A stretch of DNA of 40,144 bases from a virus. Positions 1-7,175 of this stretch are shown piece by piece. The notes beneath the pieces were generated by a model that saw only the letters and a list, made by a program, of their open reading frames with translations, was not told the origin of the DNA and searched no databases. How positions within the stretch are numbered: position 1 is the first letter of the stretch; every line of letters begins with the position of its first letter. The stretch lies in the IMG/VR virus record IMGVR_UViG_3300027708_000005. One strand, written 5' to 3'. Position numbers and translations under genes: made by a program.

Positions 1-127
1 CCTGTTTTGTCCATCTTGATAATGACGGTGCCTGCTGCGCCTACATCAGTTTCAATGGTACGCAATGCAGTTGCTAATGACTTTACTGAAGGTAAATTTG
101 CACCTGAGAATGTTGTTAAATTTGACA
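1..127. repeat. Terminal direct repeat, left copy (identical to 40018-40144); circular-assembly overlap or true terminal redundancy
   Basis: Read by eye: cctgttttgtccatcttgataatgacgg...gttgttaaatttgaca occurs at both window ends, 127 nt, with no mismatch noticed. Confidence 0.95.
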
Positions 128-128
128 T
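1..128 (-). CDS. 5' end (first ~43 codons, MSNLTTFSGANLPSVKSLATALRTIETDV...) of the wrap-around replication-module gene whose body is 39477-40144
   Basis: ATG at 126-128 (minus) is preceded by AAGGA. It is in frame with ORF 39477-40082 once the 127-nt overlap is collapsed, giving 223 codons in total. The ORF-track start at 40082 is an internal TTG. Confidence 0.8.
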   Translation of the reverse strand, partial: MSNLTTFSGANLPSVKSLATALRTIETDVGAAGTVIIKMDKT

Positions 129-138
129 GATTGAATCC

Positions 139-1278
139 TTAATGAAGTTTAGAAAGGGCTGCGGTGAGTTGCTGCCCGATTTGTAAAACCGCTGGCCTAG
201 GATCTGCATCCTCAACCATCGTACTGCCACTACTTACTGCTACTACTTGATTGGCAGGCAATTGCTTGCCATGCTTTTTCAATACTTTTTCTGCCTGAGC
301 AGGAGATATTACCTTACTTACAAGCAATTCATCTTCAGATAAACCCTCGTTCATCATAGCAACCAAAGCTTGATCTTCATCAACCCATTGGCGAATGGCT
401 CGTTTAGCTACTAATTTGTAACCTGGTATAGGTTTGCCTACTTCTAATACTTGGTGCGCCAAACCACGTAAATCAGCAATCCATTGCTCTAGCGTATCAG
501 CTTTTTTTAAATAGTCAGCTATTTGCGCTACGTTAAGAATATCAATCTGCGCGTGTAGGGCGCGTTCAACTGCGCCTGTCATCATAGGGCAAGTAGGCTT
601 GGCAGCACACCAACGACAATGCTCACCAGCAAACAAAGGCGCATCAGGTTTAGACGCTATTTTGACTGCCGCTTTTAAATCAGTTTCAAATTCTTTAATG
701 CGTTGTGTTGTAGTAACCCAACGCTTTACGCTTGGTGGTTGGACAATAATACACTCGATTTCGTCACAATCATCAAATACCCATTGGACTTCGGGGGTTC
801 GCATAGCTGCGGCTGCGTAGAACATAAGTTGATCGTTTTCTTCGGCATCAACTGCAACTCCTGAACCAAACTTCCAGTCAAGGATGAAAGCTCGTCTACC
901 AATACGGCCAAGCAGATCGGTGCTGCCAAACACATCAGGAAGAAAGTCACCGAAGCCAACACGGGTTTCTGTTGCATATTCCATCTCCTTATTAGGGTCA
1001 ATCTCATCTAATGCCCGCAACGCTGGGTAAACTTTTTCATCAATGAGTTCTTGAGTTAACTTAATATCGCCATACTTCATATCAATACAAGACTCAGGGG
1101 TTTGACCCGTTGTAAGAATAAGATCCATGACGTTATGAAGTAAAGTGCCTTCGTCAGCGTATTTGCTTGAGGGCTTAGGCGGCATAGCAGCGCATAAGGT
1201 TACTGAACCAGGACAAGCTATAACCCGTTTGGCTGTAGAGCCACCAACTACACGGGAATGTAAGACAGGTGCATTCAT
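139..1278 (-). CDS. Cas4/RecB-like PD-(D/E)XK nuclease with Fe-S cysteine cluster (DUF2800-like)
   Basis: 379 aa. Motifs: ILDWKFG (D-x-K), QLMFYAAA (QhxxY), Cys in ACPGS near the N-terminus plus C-x2-C-x5-C (HCRWCAAKPTCP). RBS AAAGGAAAC lies before the ATG. Replication-module context. Confidence 0.85.
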   Translation of the reverse strand: MNAPVLHSRVVGGSTAKRVIACPGSVTLCAAMPPKPSSKYADEGTLLHNVMDLILTTGQTPESCIDMKYGDIKLTQELIDEKVYPALRALDEIDPNKEMEYATETRVGFGDFLPDVFGSTDLLGRIGRRAFILDWKFGSGVAVDAEENDQLMFYAAAAMRTPEVQWVFDDCDEIECIIVQPPSVKRWVTTTQRIKEFETDLKAAVKIASKPDAPLFAGEHCRWCAAKPTCPMMTGAVERALHAQIDILNVAQIADYLKKADTLEQWIADLRGLAHQVLEVGKPIPGYKLVAKRAIRQWVDEDQALVAMMNEGLSEDELLVSKVISPAQAEKVLKKHGKQLPANQVVAVSSGSTMVEDADPRPAVLQIGQQLTAALSKLH

Positions 1279-1311
1279 TTTGTTTCCTTTACTTTAGTTG
1301 ATTGAAATTTA

Positions 1312-1340
1312 ACTATACATGAAAAATAAATGTTGTGCAA
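1312..1340 (-). promoter_or_regulatory. sigma70-type promoter for the minus-strand replication operon
   Basis: The minus strand reads TTGCAC, then 17 nt, then TATAGT (-35 at 1335-1340, -10 at 1312-1317), about 35 nt upstream of ATG 1278. Confidence 0.55.
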
Positions 1341-1368
1341 AACTTTTTTACTGTGATATATTTACCAC

Positions 1369-1644
1369 ATGACAAAAGAAACCGAAATTGAAAAATACTT
1401 TGTTTGGGCTGTAGCGTCCCTTGGGGGCATTACTTACAAGTTCAGATCCCCCAACCAACGCGGCGTAGCTGACCGCATTGCCTGTTTACCTAGCGGCCAG
1501 ACATGGTTTGTTGAGCTAAAAACAACAGGCGGCAAGTTATCTGCGTTGCAAGGCATTCATGCCCGCAACCTTAAACAACTTAATCAAAATTATGCTTGCC
1601 TGTGGACTAAAGAGCATATAGACACTTGGATGGCTAACGTATGA
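1369..1644 (+). CDS. VRR-NUC domain nuclease
   Basis: 91 aa. GVADRIACLP...WFVELKTTGGKLSALQ matches the D...E-x-K core of VRR-NUC. The stop overlaps the next ATG (ATGA). Confidence 0.8.
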   Translation: MTKETEIEKYFVWAVASLGGITYKFRSPNQRGVADRIACLPSGQTWFVELKTTGGKLSALQGIHARNLKQLNQNYACLWTKEHIDTWMANV

Positions 1645-2975
1645 AGTTGCGCCCTTATCAAGACGAAGCTGCTGATTTTTTGTTTGAGAAAGACAGAGCT
1701 ATGATTTTAGCGCCTGTAGGCGCTGGCAAGACGGCTATTACTTTGACAGCTATGGAAGCTATGATTGTTAACAAATATGTTAATCGTTGGCTTGTGTTGG
1801 CGCCCAAGCGTGTTTGTACAGATGTATGGCCTGTAGAACAACCTAAATGGGCGGCGCGGTTAACCCTAAGTGTTGCGGTAGGAACGCCTGCTCAGCGTCT
1901 TAAAGCGTTGCGTAGTAGGTCTAACGTAGTAGTAGTGAACTATGACAGTTTGCAATGGCTATCAGAACAATTCTTAGATTTTGATGGCATTGTATTTGAC
2001 GAACTAACACGGTTAAAGAACCCATCAGGCGCACGATTTAAAGCGCTATCTAAAGTATTAACGCCATTTAAAGTGCGTTGGGGTTTAACTGGTAGCTTTA
2101 CTAGCAATGGTTTAGAAGATGTTTTTGGTCAATGCAAGATTGTTGACCAAAACTTATTAGGACGTGCCAAAGGCGCGTTTATGCAGCAGTATTTTGTCTT
2201 GGTCAATAAAGACTTTGGCGAATGGGAGCCTCGAGTAGGTTCATTAGGAAAAGTCATGGAAAAAATTAAGCCAGCTACGTTTGTTTTAGAAGCAGGTGAA
2301 TACGCTAATACGTTGCCGCCATGCCATGTTGTTGAGTTAAGTTGCGATCTTACAGATCGCGCCCCATACGAAAAAATGAAGAAAGACTACGTTGTAGAGT
2401 TTAAGGACACAGAGATTACGGCAATTAGCGCAGCCGTTGTAACTGGAAAACTACAACAAATGGCGTCCGGCTTTATCTATCAAACCGAAACTACGCCATC
2501 TGATACGCCAGGGCGTATGAATGTAACGCAAACACCGTTGTGGTTTTCACACCACAAGTTTGATCTATTAGATGAATTGTTACAAGAGAATCAACGCGCC
2601 AACACCATTATTGTTTACAACTACATTGAAGAATTAGCTGAATTAAAGCGTCGGTATCCTAACGCACAGACAATCAATGATCCTAGAGCTATCGAACGTT
2701 GGAACGATGGCAAGATTGAATTGTTATTGATTCATCCTAAATCAGCCGGGCATGGATTAAACCTTCAGCATGGTGGTAGCAAAATGGTTTTTGTATCTTT
2801 GCCTTGGAGCCTTGAGTTGTACGAACAAACAGTAGGACGCTTGCATCGTAGCGGTCAAAAACACGATGTATGGGTTTACCTTTTGTTAACCAATAAAACG
2901 ATTGACCAAAGGATTTGGGACGCCCTGAAGGACAAACGGGCAATTTCTGACATAGCAATTGAGGAATTGAAATGA
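1641..2975 (+). CDS. SNF2/SF2-family DNA helicase
   Basis: 444 aa. Walker A APVGAGKT, DExx box VFDELT, C-terminal helicase motifs HPKSAGHGLNLQ and QTVGRLHRSGQ. Confidence 0.9.
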   Translation: MKLRPYQDEAADFLFEKDRAMILAPVGAGKTAITLTAMEAMIVNKYVNRWLVLAPKRVCTDVWPVEQPKWAARLTLSVAVGTPAQRLKALRSRSNVVVVNYDSLQWLSEQFLDFDGIVFDELTRLKNPSGARFKALSKVLTPFKVRWGLTGSFTSNGLEDVFGQCKIVDQNLLGRAKGAFMQQYFVLVNKDFGEWEPRVGSLGKVMEKIKPATFVLEAGEYANTLPPCHVVELSCDLTDRAPYEKMKKDYVVEFKDTEITAISAAVVTGKLQQMASGFIYQTETTPSDTPGRMNVTQTPLWFSHHKFDLLDELLQENQRANTIIVYNYIEELAELKRRYPNAQTINDPRAIERWNDGKIELLLIHPKSAGHGLNLQHGGSKMVFVSLPWSLELYEQTVGRLHRSGQKHDVWVYLLLTNKTIDQRIWDALKDKRAISDIAIEELK

Positions 2976-3139
2976 AATTAATTGAAGAAGCATTAAAACT
3001 AGCCAATGATATTGACGAATACGCGCCGCAAACCAATATTGCTTGGACACTTAGAGAACTTGTACAAGTTATCGTACAACAAGAGAAAGTTATAAATGAA
3101 AAGATTGCAGCTTCTAAAAGCAAAACTAAAAGCCGCTAA
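2972..3139 (+). CDS. Small hypothetical protein (55 aa, below the ORF-track cutoff)
   Basis: The ATG overlaps the helicase stop (ATGA). Open frame: MKLIEEALKLANDIDEYAPQTNIAWTLRELVQVIVQQEKVINEKIAASKSKTKSR. Confidence 0.5.
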   Translation: MKLIEEALKLANDIDEYAPQTNIAWTLRELVQVIVQQEKVINEKIAASKSKTKSR

Positions 3140-3269
3140 AGCTGAAAGCATTATTCGGCACCGAACTTATAACGCTGCTGAACGTGCGGTAATTAAGTTA
3201 GGGAAAATTATTACTGAATTGGAAAGGAGAATTGAACATGAGCAAACTAAGTTGGCGTCAGCTAAATGA
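3096..3269 (+). CDS. Alternative small coiled-coil ORF (57 aa) overlapping both neighbours
   Basis: Open frame MKRLQLLKAKLKAAKAESIIRHRTYNAAERAVIKLGKIITELERRIEHEQTKLASAK. It overlaps 2972-3139 and 3238-3432, so only one reading may be real. Confidence 0.3.
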   Translation: MKRLQLLKAKLKAAKAESIIRHRTYNAAERAVIKLGKIITELERRIEHEQTKLASAK

Positions 3270-3432
3270 TATTCTTTGTAACATGAACGAAGCCGATGTT
3301 TGGAATATGTTAGAAACAGAACGCTTTGGTGATAAACGGGCGTCTGTATTGCAACGCTTACATCAACGCTATAACGTCTTAAGAGTATCCCGTGAGCGTA
3401 TTGAATTGTTAAAAGAGGCAAAGAATCCATGA
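3238..3432 (+). CDS. Hypothetical protein (64 aa)
   Basis: The ORF-track 3232 ORF trimmed to the ATG at 3238, which has AAGGAG 8 nt upstream. Its stop overlaps the next ATG. Confidence 0.7.
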   Translation: MSKLSWRQLNDILCNMNEADVWNMLETERFGDKRASVLQRLHQRYNVLRVSRERIELLKEAKNP

Positions 3433-3638
3433 GCGAACATGACGTTGTAAACCATCCAAAACACTACTGTAGCCATCCGAGTGGGATTGAATGTATCCAG
3501 ATAACCGAACACATGAGTTTTTGCCTTGGCAACGCTGTTAAGTACATTTGGCGGGCTGATGAGAAGCATGACGCCATTGAAGATTTACGCAAGGCAAAAT
3601 GGTACATTGAGCGAGAGATTGCAAGGAGATTGAAATGA
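3429..3638 (+). CDS. DUF3310 (SaV-like) family phage protein
   Basis: 69 aa. NHPKHY...IECIQI...GNAVKYIWRA...EDLRKAKWYIEREI is the DUF3310 signature as I remember it. Confidence 0.8.
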   Translation: MSEHDVVNHPKHYCSHPSGIECIQITEHMSFCLGNAVKYIWRADEKHDAIEDLRKAKWYIEREIARRLK

Positions 3639-3946
3639 AAACTATTTTTATTTTTATAGCTGGTTTAATTGTTGGGTATTTTTTTACTATTACAGGCTGT
3701 AATGCTCAAACAACTTATCTTTATGGCGCTCAAGGACAAAGCTTAGGGACAGTGTATCAATCAGGCAATACGCAATACTTTTATGGCCCACAAGGTCAGT
3801 CTGCTGGTACTGCGTCGCAGTACAGCAATACAACTTATGTCTATGGCTCACAAGGACAAAGCTTAGGTACGGTAATGGCGCCTGTAGCGCCCATCCATAA
3901 TCCATCATCTATGACACCTATTTATGATTCGATATTTGGAAGATGA
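3635..3946 (+). CDS. Predicted lipoprotein with three tandem 20-aa YG-QGQS repeats
   Basis: 103 aa. Hydrophobic N-terminus ending in the lipobox ITGC (Cys22). Repeats TTYLYGAQGQSLGTVYQSGN / TQYFYGPQGQSAGTASQYSN / TTYVYGSQGQSLGTVMAPVA (nt 3710-3889). ATGA coupling at both ends. Confidence 0.75.
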   Translation: MKTIFIFIAGLIVGYFFTITGCNAQTTYLYGAQGQSLGTVYQSGNTQYFYGPQGQSAGTASQYSNTTYVYGSQGQSLGTVMAPVAPIHNPSSMTPIYDSIFGR

Positions 3947-4137
3947 CTTTAAGAACTTGCAATAACTGCCAACAACGCAAAAATAATGTAACTGGCAGCG
4001 TAGTAAATAACCCAGGCGGTCTGACTTACAAATGGTTTTGTCAAGACTGCACCACGAAAAGGAATGAAAATGAACGCTTTAAAAAGATTATGGATACTCT
4101 TAGTCAATCCCCCAGCCGCAAAAACTTTAGCGACTAA
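3943..4137 (+). CDS. Small zinc-ribbon-like protein (CxxC...CxxC)
   Basis: 64 aa. CNNC at residues 6-9 and CQDC at 33-36. The ATG overlaps the upstream stop. Confidence 0.6.
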   Translation: MTLRTCNNCQQRKNNVTGSVVNNPGGLTYKWFCQDCTTKRNENERFKKIMDTLSQSPSRKNFSD

Positions 4138-4264
4138 AGAGCTAGAAAGTGCCAAACGCAGCTATTTAGAAAACAAGACTCATGCTGAGTATTACTCTAC
4201 GCTATGTAGCTTTGATATGCAACGCATTGCACGTCTTGAGAAGTACATAGAGCCAAATGAGTAG
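4070..4264 (+). CDS. Hypothetical protein (64 aa)
   Basis: ATG 4070 is preceded by AAGGAA. It overlaps the 3' end of 3943-4137 by 68 nt in another frame. Its stop overlaps the next ATG. Confidence 0.6.
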   Translation: MNALKRLWILLVNPPAAKTLATKELESAKRSYLENKTHAEYYSTLCSFDMQRIARLEKYIEPNE

Positions 4265-4403
4265 CTGGCTCATTATTGTCACAGGGCTGATATACGCGTA
4301 TATTTCTGCGGAGCAATGCTATAAAGGTAACATTGGCATGGCAATTTGCTACGCAGGATACGCTTTTGGAAACGCGGGCCTGTATTTGATGGCTACAAAA
4401 TAA
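4257..4403 (+). CDS. Small membrane protein (48 aa, below the ORF-track cutoff)
   Basis: MSSWLIIVTGLIYAYISAEQCYKGNIGMAICYAGYAFGNAGLYLMATK has two hydrophobic segments and is translationally coupled to the upstream ORF. Confidence 0.55.
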   Translation: MSSWLIIVTGLIYAYISAEQCYKGNIGMAICYAGYAFGNAGLYLMATK

Positions 4404-4511
4404 ATATACAAATTTCGGACAACAATGTCCTATGTTTGCATGACTTTTTATTGAAATTTCATGCACTTACAAGCGTTTTTAAAATAGGTAAGCTGACAAT
4501 AACCAAGTAAA

Positions 4512-4550
4512 TTTCCCTGTAAAAACAAAGTAATTAAATTTACAGGGAAA
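4512..4550. repeat. Perfect 12-bp inverted repeat TTTCCCTGTAAA / TTTACAGGGAAA with a 15-nt AT-rich spacer
   Basis: Arms at 4512-4523 and 4539-4550 are exact reverse complements. Confidence 0.9.
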
Positions 4551-4554
4551 AACG

Positions 4555-4833
4555 ATGCGTAGGCATTGAAAAAGCAAAACACATATAGCACATACAACAT
4601 AAACAATGCGTAGGCATCGAAAGAAAAAGTTTCCCGAACGGGCAATTTTGATTAAAAAATGTGCAAAAGTAGGAAAATATTCCCGAACGGGATATTTTGT
4701 CAGAAAAAGTTATAACACTCTCAATGTTAATTGTAACAAAAGTATGTTAAATGACTCATTAATAAGGCTTTAAGCTATTTAAGGACTCATTAATAAGTCA
4801 ACAACTTTACAATTAGCCATCAAAACTTTACAA
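4555..4833. repeat. Four different direct-repeat pairs in an ORF-free spacer
   Basis: ATGCGTAGGCAT at 4555 and 4606. TTCCCGAACGGG at 4631 and 4680. GACTCATTAATAAG at 4753 and 4784. AACTTTACAA at 4803 and 4824. Confidence 0.9.
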
Positions 4834-4984
4834 AAATGTCTACAACTCTGCTGATATGTATGCTTTTTGTCAACAAATGTACACATAGAAGTGGCAGGGC
4901 TGTATTTGGCAGTTGCTAACAATGGGCGAGAAAACCGAAAAAGTACCCAATTACTGCATCCTACAATGTCGGCTTAACGCCCTG

Positions 4985-5338
4985 TTATAATTCTAGCCCA
5001 TCTAGGCCAAGTTCATTTGCCACCATTAAGCAACGGGTTCTAAAAGGTTTGCCATGTTGTGTCCATTTAGCGCCTTCTTGTCGGTGAAAACTCATGTGTA
5101 CCATTTCATGCGCTAATGTTGTTATAACAGTGTAATAATGGCCGCAACGCGCAGATGAAATAGTGATGGTATGCTCATAATCTTCGCCAGTATCGTATAA
5201 ATAAGTACCCATCGTTTCAGGGTCAGATGTGACTACAAATTCAATTTCCTCAGGCAATGGCATTTTCCATTTTGTAAATGGATAACAGCAATACAAAGAG
5301 GCGTATAGGTTTTTAACAACCTCTGGTGTCAATTTCAT
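4985..5338 (-). CDS. SprT-like zinc metalloprotease domain protein
   Basis: 117 aa. HEMVH zinc motif followed by QHGKPF, which matches the SprT-like pattern HExxH...HG. Start overlaps the upstream stop. Confidence 0.7.
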   Translation of the reverse strand: MKLTPEVVKNLYASLYCCYPFTKWKMPLPEEIEFVVTSDPETMGTYLYDTGEDYEHTITISSARCGHYYTVITTLAHEMVHMSFHRQEGAKWTQHGKPFRTRCLMVANELGLDGLEL

Positions 5339-6315
5339 ACTTGATGTATGGCGCCACGAAATTCATATTCGCCATTTTCTTCATCTGTAACCATAATCAT
5401 CTCTGGCATTAGCATCCTGCCCTGATCAAAGGACAACATTACAAACCCTGAACGCCAATCTTTTGGGCCATCTTCGCAGTATTCAAAGGTAGGTGACATT
5501 GGATCAGCCAAACAGCCGGTCTGAACCCCCCAATAGGTTCCTTGATAATTTGAAATCGGCTGGCAAACGAGAACGTGCGTATGCCCAGTAATGATGTTGG
5601 TATTACCTGCGGATAGCAAATTGCTGTAGCCCGCCGTTCGCCCACCTTTATGACGATGCTTAACTATGGTTTCTTCGCCAATCCAAAAGCTCCAACAGGT
5701 TTCCCAATTAGGAAAATGATATTTAAGGCTAAAGCCATCTACACCACTGTATTCAGGCACTTTATTTACAAGACAAGCCTCGTAGCGCATGTCGTGATTT
5801 CCAAGACACCACACAAGCCTACACCCTGCTGGTTTGACTTTTTCAATCTCATCTAGATGCCAACGACAAGCGTTTAATTCTTCAAGGACTGTGGGCTTTT
5901 GATCGTAATTAATCGACGGGAAACGGCTTAAAATCTGCCCATCAAATGCGTCCCCGTTGCAGATGACCACTTGGGGCTTAAACTCTTTAATCAGCTTTAA
6001 AAGAGCTTTAAACGCCGTGGTGGGTGTATCGGTAAAATGCGCGTCTGAAAACACTATGACGCGCTTTACTTTTTCTATATCAATGCCTCTACGCACATTG
6101 TGTGCTGCAAGATCTATTTTCTTTGGTTTTTCTTTTTTCTCATCGCGTTGAGAATTATGTGTAGGTAATTTTATGTCGTATCTTATTTCTAGGCTAGCCC
6201 GCCTGTTTAAAGCGCTTCTAGGATTCATACCTAATTCTTTTGCTACTAAAGTAGGCGATCCTAATCTTTTCCAACACGCTATAAACTTTTTATCTTCTTT
6301 TTTAGATATTTGCAT
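5335..6315 (-). CDS. Calcineurin-like metallophosphoesterase with an N-terminal helix-turn-helix-like domain
   Basis: 326 aa. All metallophosphoesterase motifs are present: SDAH, GDAFDG, GNHD, GHTH. The N-terminal ~55 aa (LGSPTLVAKELGMNPRSALNRR) looks like an HTH. Confidence 0.8.
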   Translation of the reverse strand: MQISKKEDKKFIACWKRLGSPTLVAKELGMNPRSALNRRASLEIRYDIKLPTHNSQRDEKKEKPKKIDLAAHNVRRGIDIEKVKRVIVFSDAHFTDTPTTAFKALLKLIKEFKPQVVICNGDAFDGQILSRFPSINYDQKPTVLEELNACRWHLDEIEKVKPAGCRLVWCLGNHDMRYEACLVNKVPEYSGVDGFSLKYHFPNWETCWSFWIGEETIVKHRHKGGRTAGYSNLLSAGNTNIITGHTHVLVCQPISNYQGTYWGVQTGCLADPMSPTFEYCEDGPKDWRSGFVMLSFDQGRMLMPEMIMVTDEENGEYEFRGAIHQV

Positions 6316-6366
6316 ATACGCCTAATAGAATTTTGCCAATTAAATCAGGCAATTATGACAACTTGA

Positions 6367-6810
6367 TTACGCTACTGTACCACCTGCGTCTTTATAAGCT
6401 GTAATTAATTTATCCAATTTGTTTTCATGTTGGCCATAACCAGCGCCAGGAAGCGACGCCCAAATGTTTTTAACTTTATTAATTGCTACGCTAATATAGC
6501 CTTTTTCAATATCTTGCAATGCGCCACGTTCTTTAATTTGCTGTATAGCAATTAAATCTTGAGATATAGGGCTAAAGTTGGGTAGGTTTAGTTGTTTCTT
6601 ATAGGCGTCGTAATAACGGCTTAAGAGTTGGTATCTACCCGCCGCTGTGGACGCAAGGCCGGGACGAAGCCATACCAGCTTTCTTGGATGGTCAGCATAG
6701 CTTTCAAATAAATTGCCGCCAACAATGACATTATAACCATCGTCGCCCTTTCCAGCGGTGCCTTCAGACACCGCAATCATATCAAGAAAAGCTTTTAAAT
6801 TCGGACTCAT
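6367..6810 (-). CDS. R: Endolysin, lambda R-type lytic transglycosylase
   Basis: 147 aa. Long runs shared with lambda R as I recall it: AFLDM, SEGT (catalytic Glu), VIVGG, DHPRKLV, AGRYQLLSR, FSP.SQD, QQIKERGAL, NIWASLPGAGYGQ, AGGTV. Confidence 0.93.
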   Translation of the reverse strand: MSPNLKAFLDMIAVSEGTAGKGDDGYNVIVGGNLFESYADHPRKLVWLRPGLASTAAGRYQLLSRYYDAYKKQLNLPNFSPISQDLIAIQQIKERGALQDIEKGYISVAINKVKNIWASLPGAGYGQHENKLDKLITAYKDAGGTVA

Positions 6811-7175
6811 TTAGTTTTATTTGCATAAAACAAAGTGCGGTCGCCAAATAAATAAAATCCAACAGCCGAAGCAAAATTTGATACCGCCGCGCTAGATTGA
6901 TTACTAAGCTCCATATACGCCCATGTACTTAGCACAATAAGCCCAACAGCGGGGCGCATAAGACGTACAACGGCTTCAACCCAAGGGTATGAGGGGTTAC
7001 TACCACCTGCCTCATTCATAGTCTTAAAGAAGTCTAAATCAACTTGCTTCATTGCAACATATTGTTCAATGGTAGAAGGCTTAAATTGATCTGGCGCAAT
7101 AAAACGAGATATTAGGGATTTCCCTAAGTCAACTGCAAGTGGCCCAAGGGCAGCAAGTATGGTTAATGGATCCAT
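6807..7175 (-). CDS. Holin (multi-TM, resembles the 3-TM GTA-type holin family)
   Basis: 122 aa. Hydrophobic segments, the motif W..AVVRLMRPAVGLIV, and a position immediately upstream of and overlapping the endolysin. Confidence 0.6.
   Translation of the reverse strand: MDPLTILAALGPLAVDLGKSLISRFIAPDQFKPSTIEQYVAMKQVDLDFFKTMNEAGGSNPSYPWVEAVVRLMRPAVGLIVLSTWAYMELSNQSSAAVSNFASAVGFYLFGDRTLFYANKTK

Noticed and set aside
4064-4137. Programmed ribosomal frameshift joining the zinc-ribbon ORF to the 4070 ORF
   Set aside because: The overlap contains TTTAAAAAG but no canonical X-XXY-YYZ heptamer in the upstream frame. The downstream ORF has its own RBS and ATG.
4197-4645. Minus-strand ORFs of 89 and 65 aa in and next to the convergent spacer
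   Set aside because: They have no RBS. The first is antisense to two coupled + strand genes. The second is a low-complexity Phe/Leu/Tyr reading of AT-rich repeat DNA.
4631-4700. TTCCCGAACGGG elements as rho-independent terminators
   Set aside because: The stem is effectively 3-4 bp with a 2-4 nt loop, which is too weak. They occur as a spaced direct-repeat pair, which fits protein-binding sites better.
4892-4917. sigma54-like TGGCAG...TTGC string
   Set aside because: The spacing between the GG and GC elements does not match the -24/-12 consensus (TGGCAC-N5-TTGC) in either possible register.
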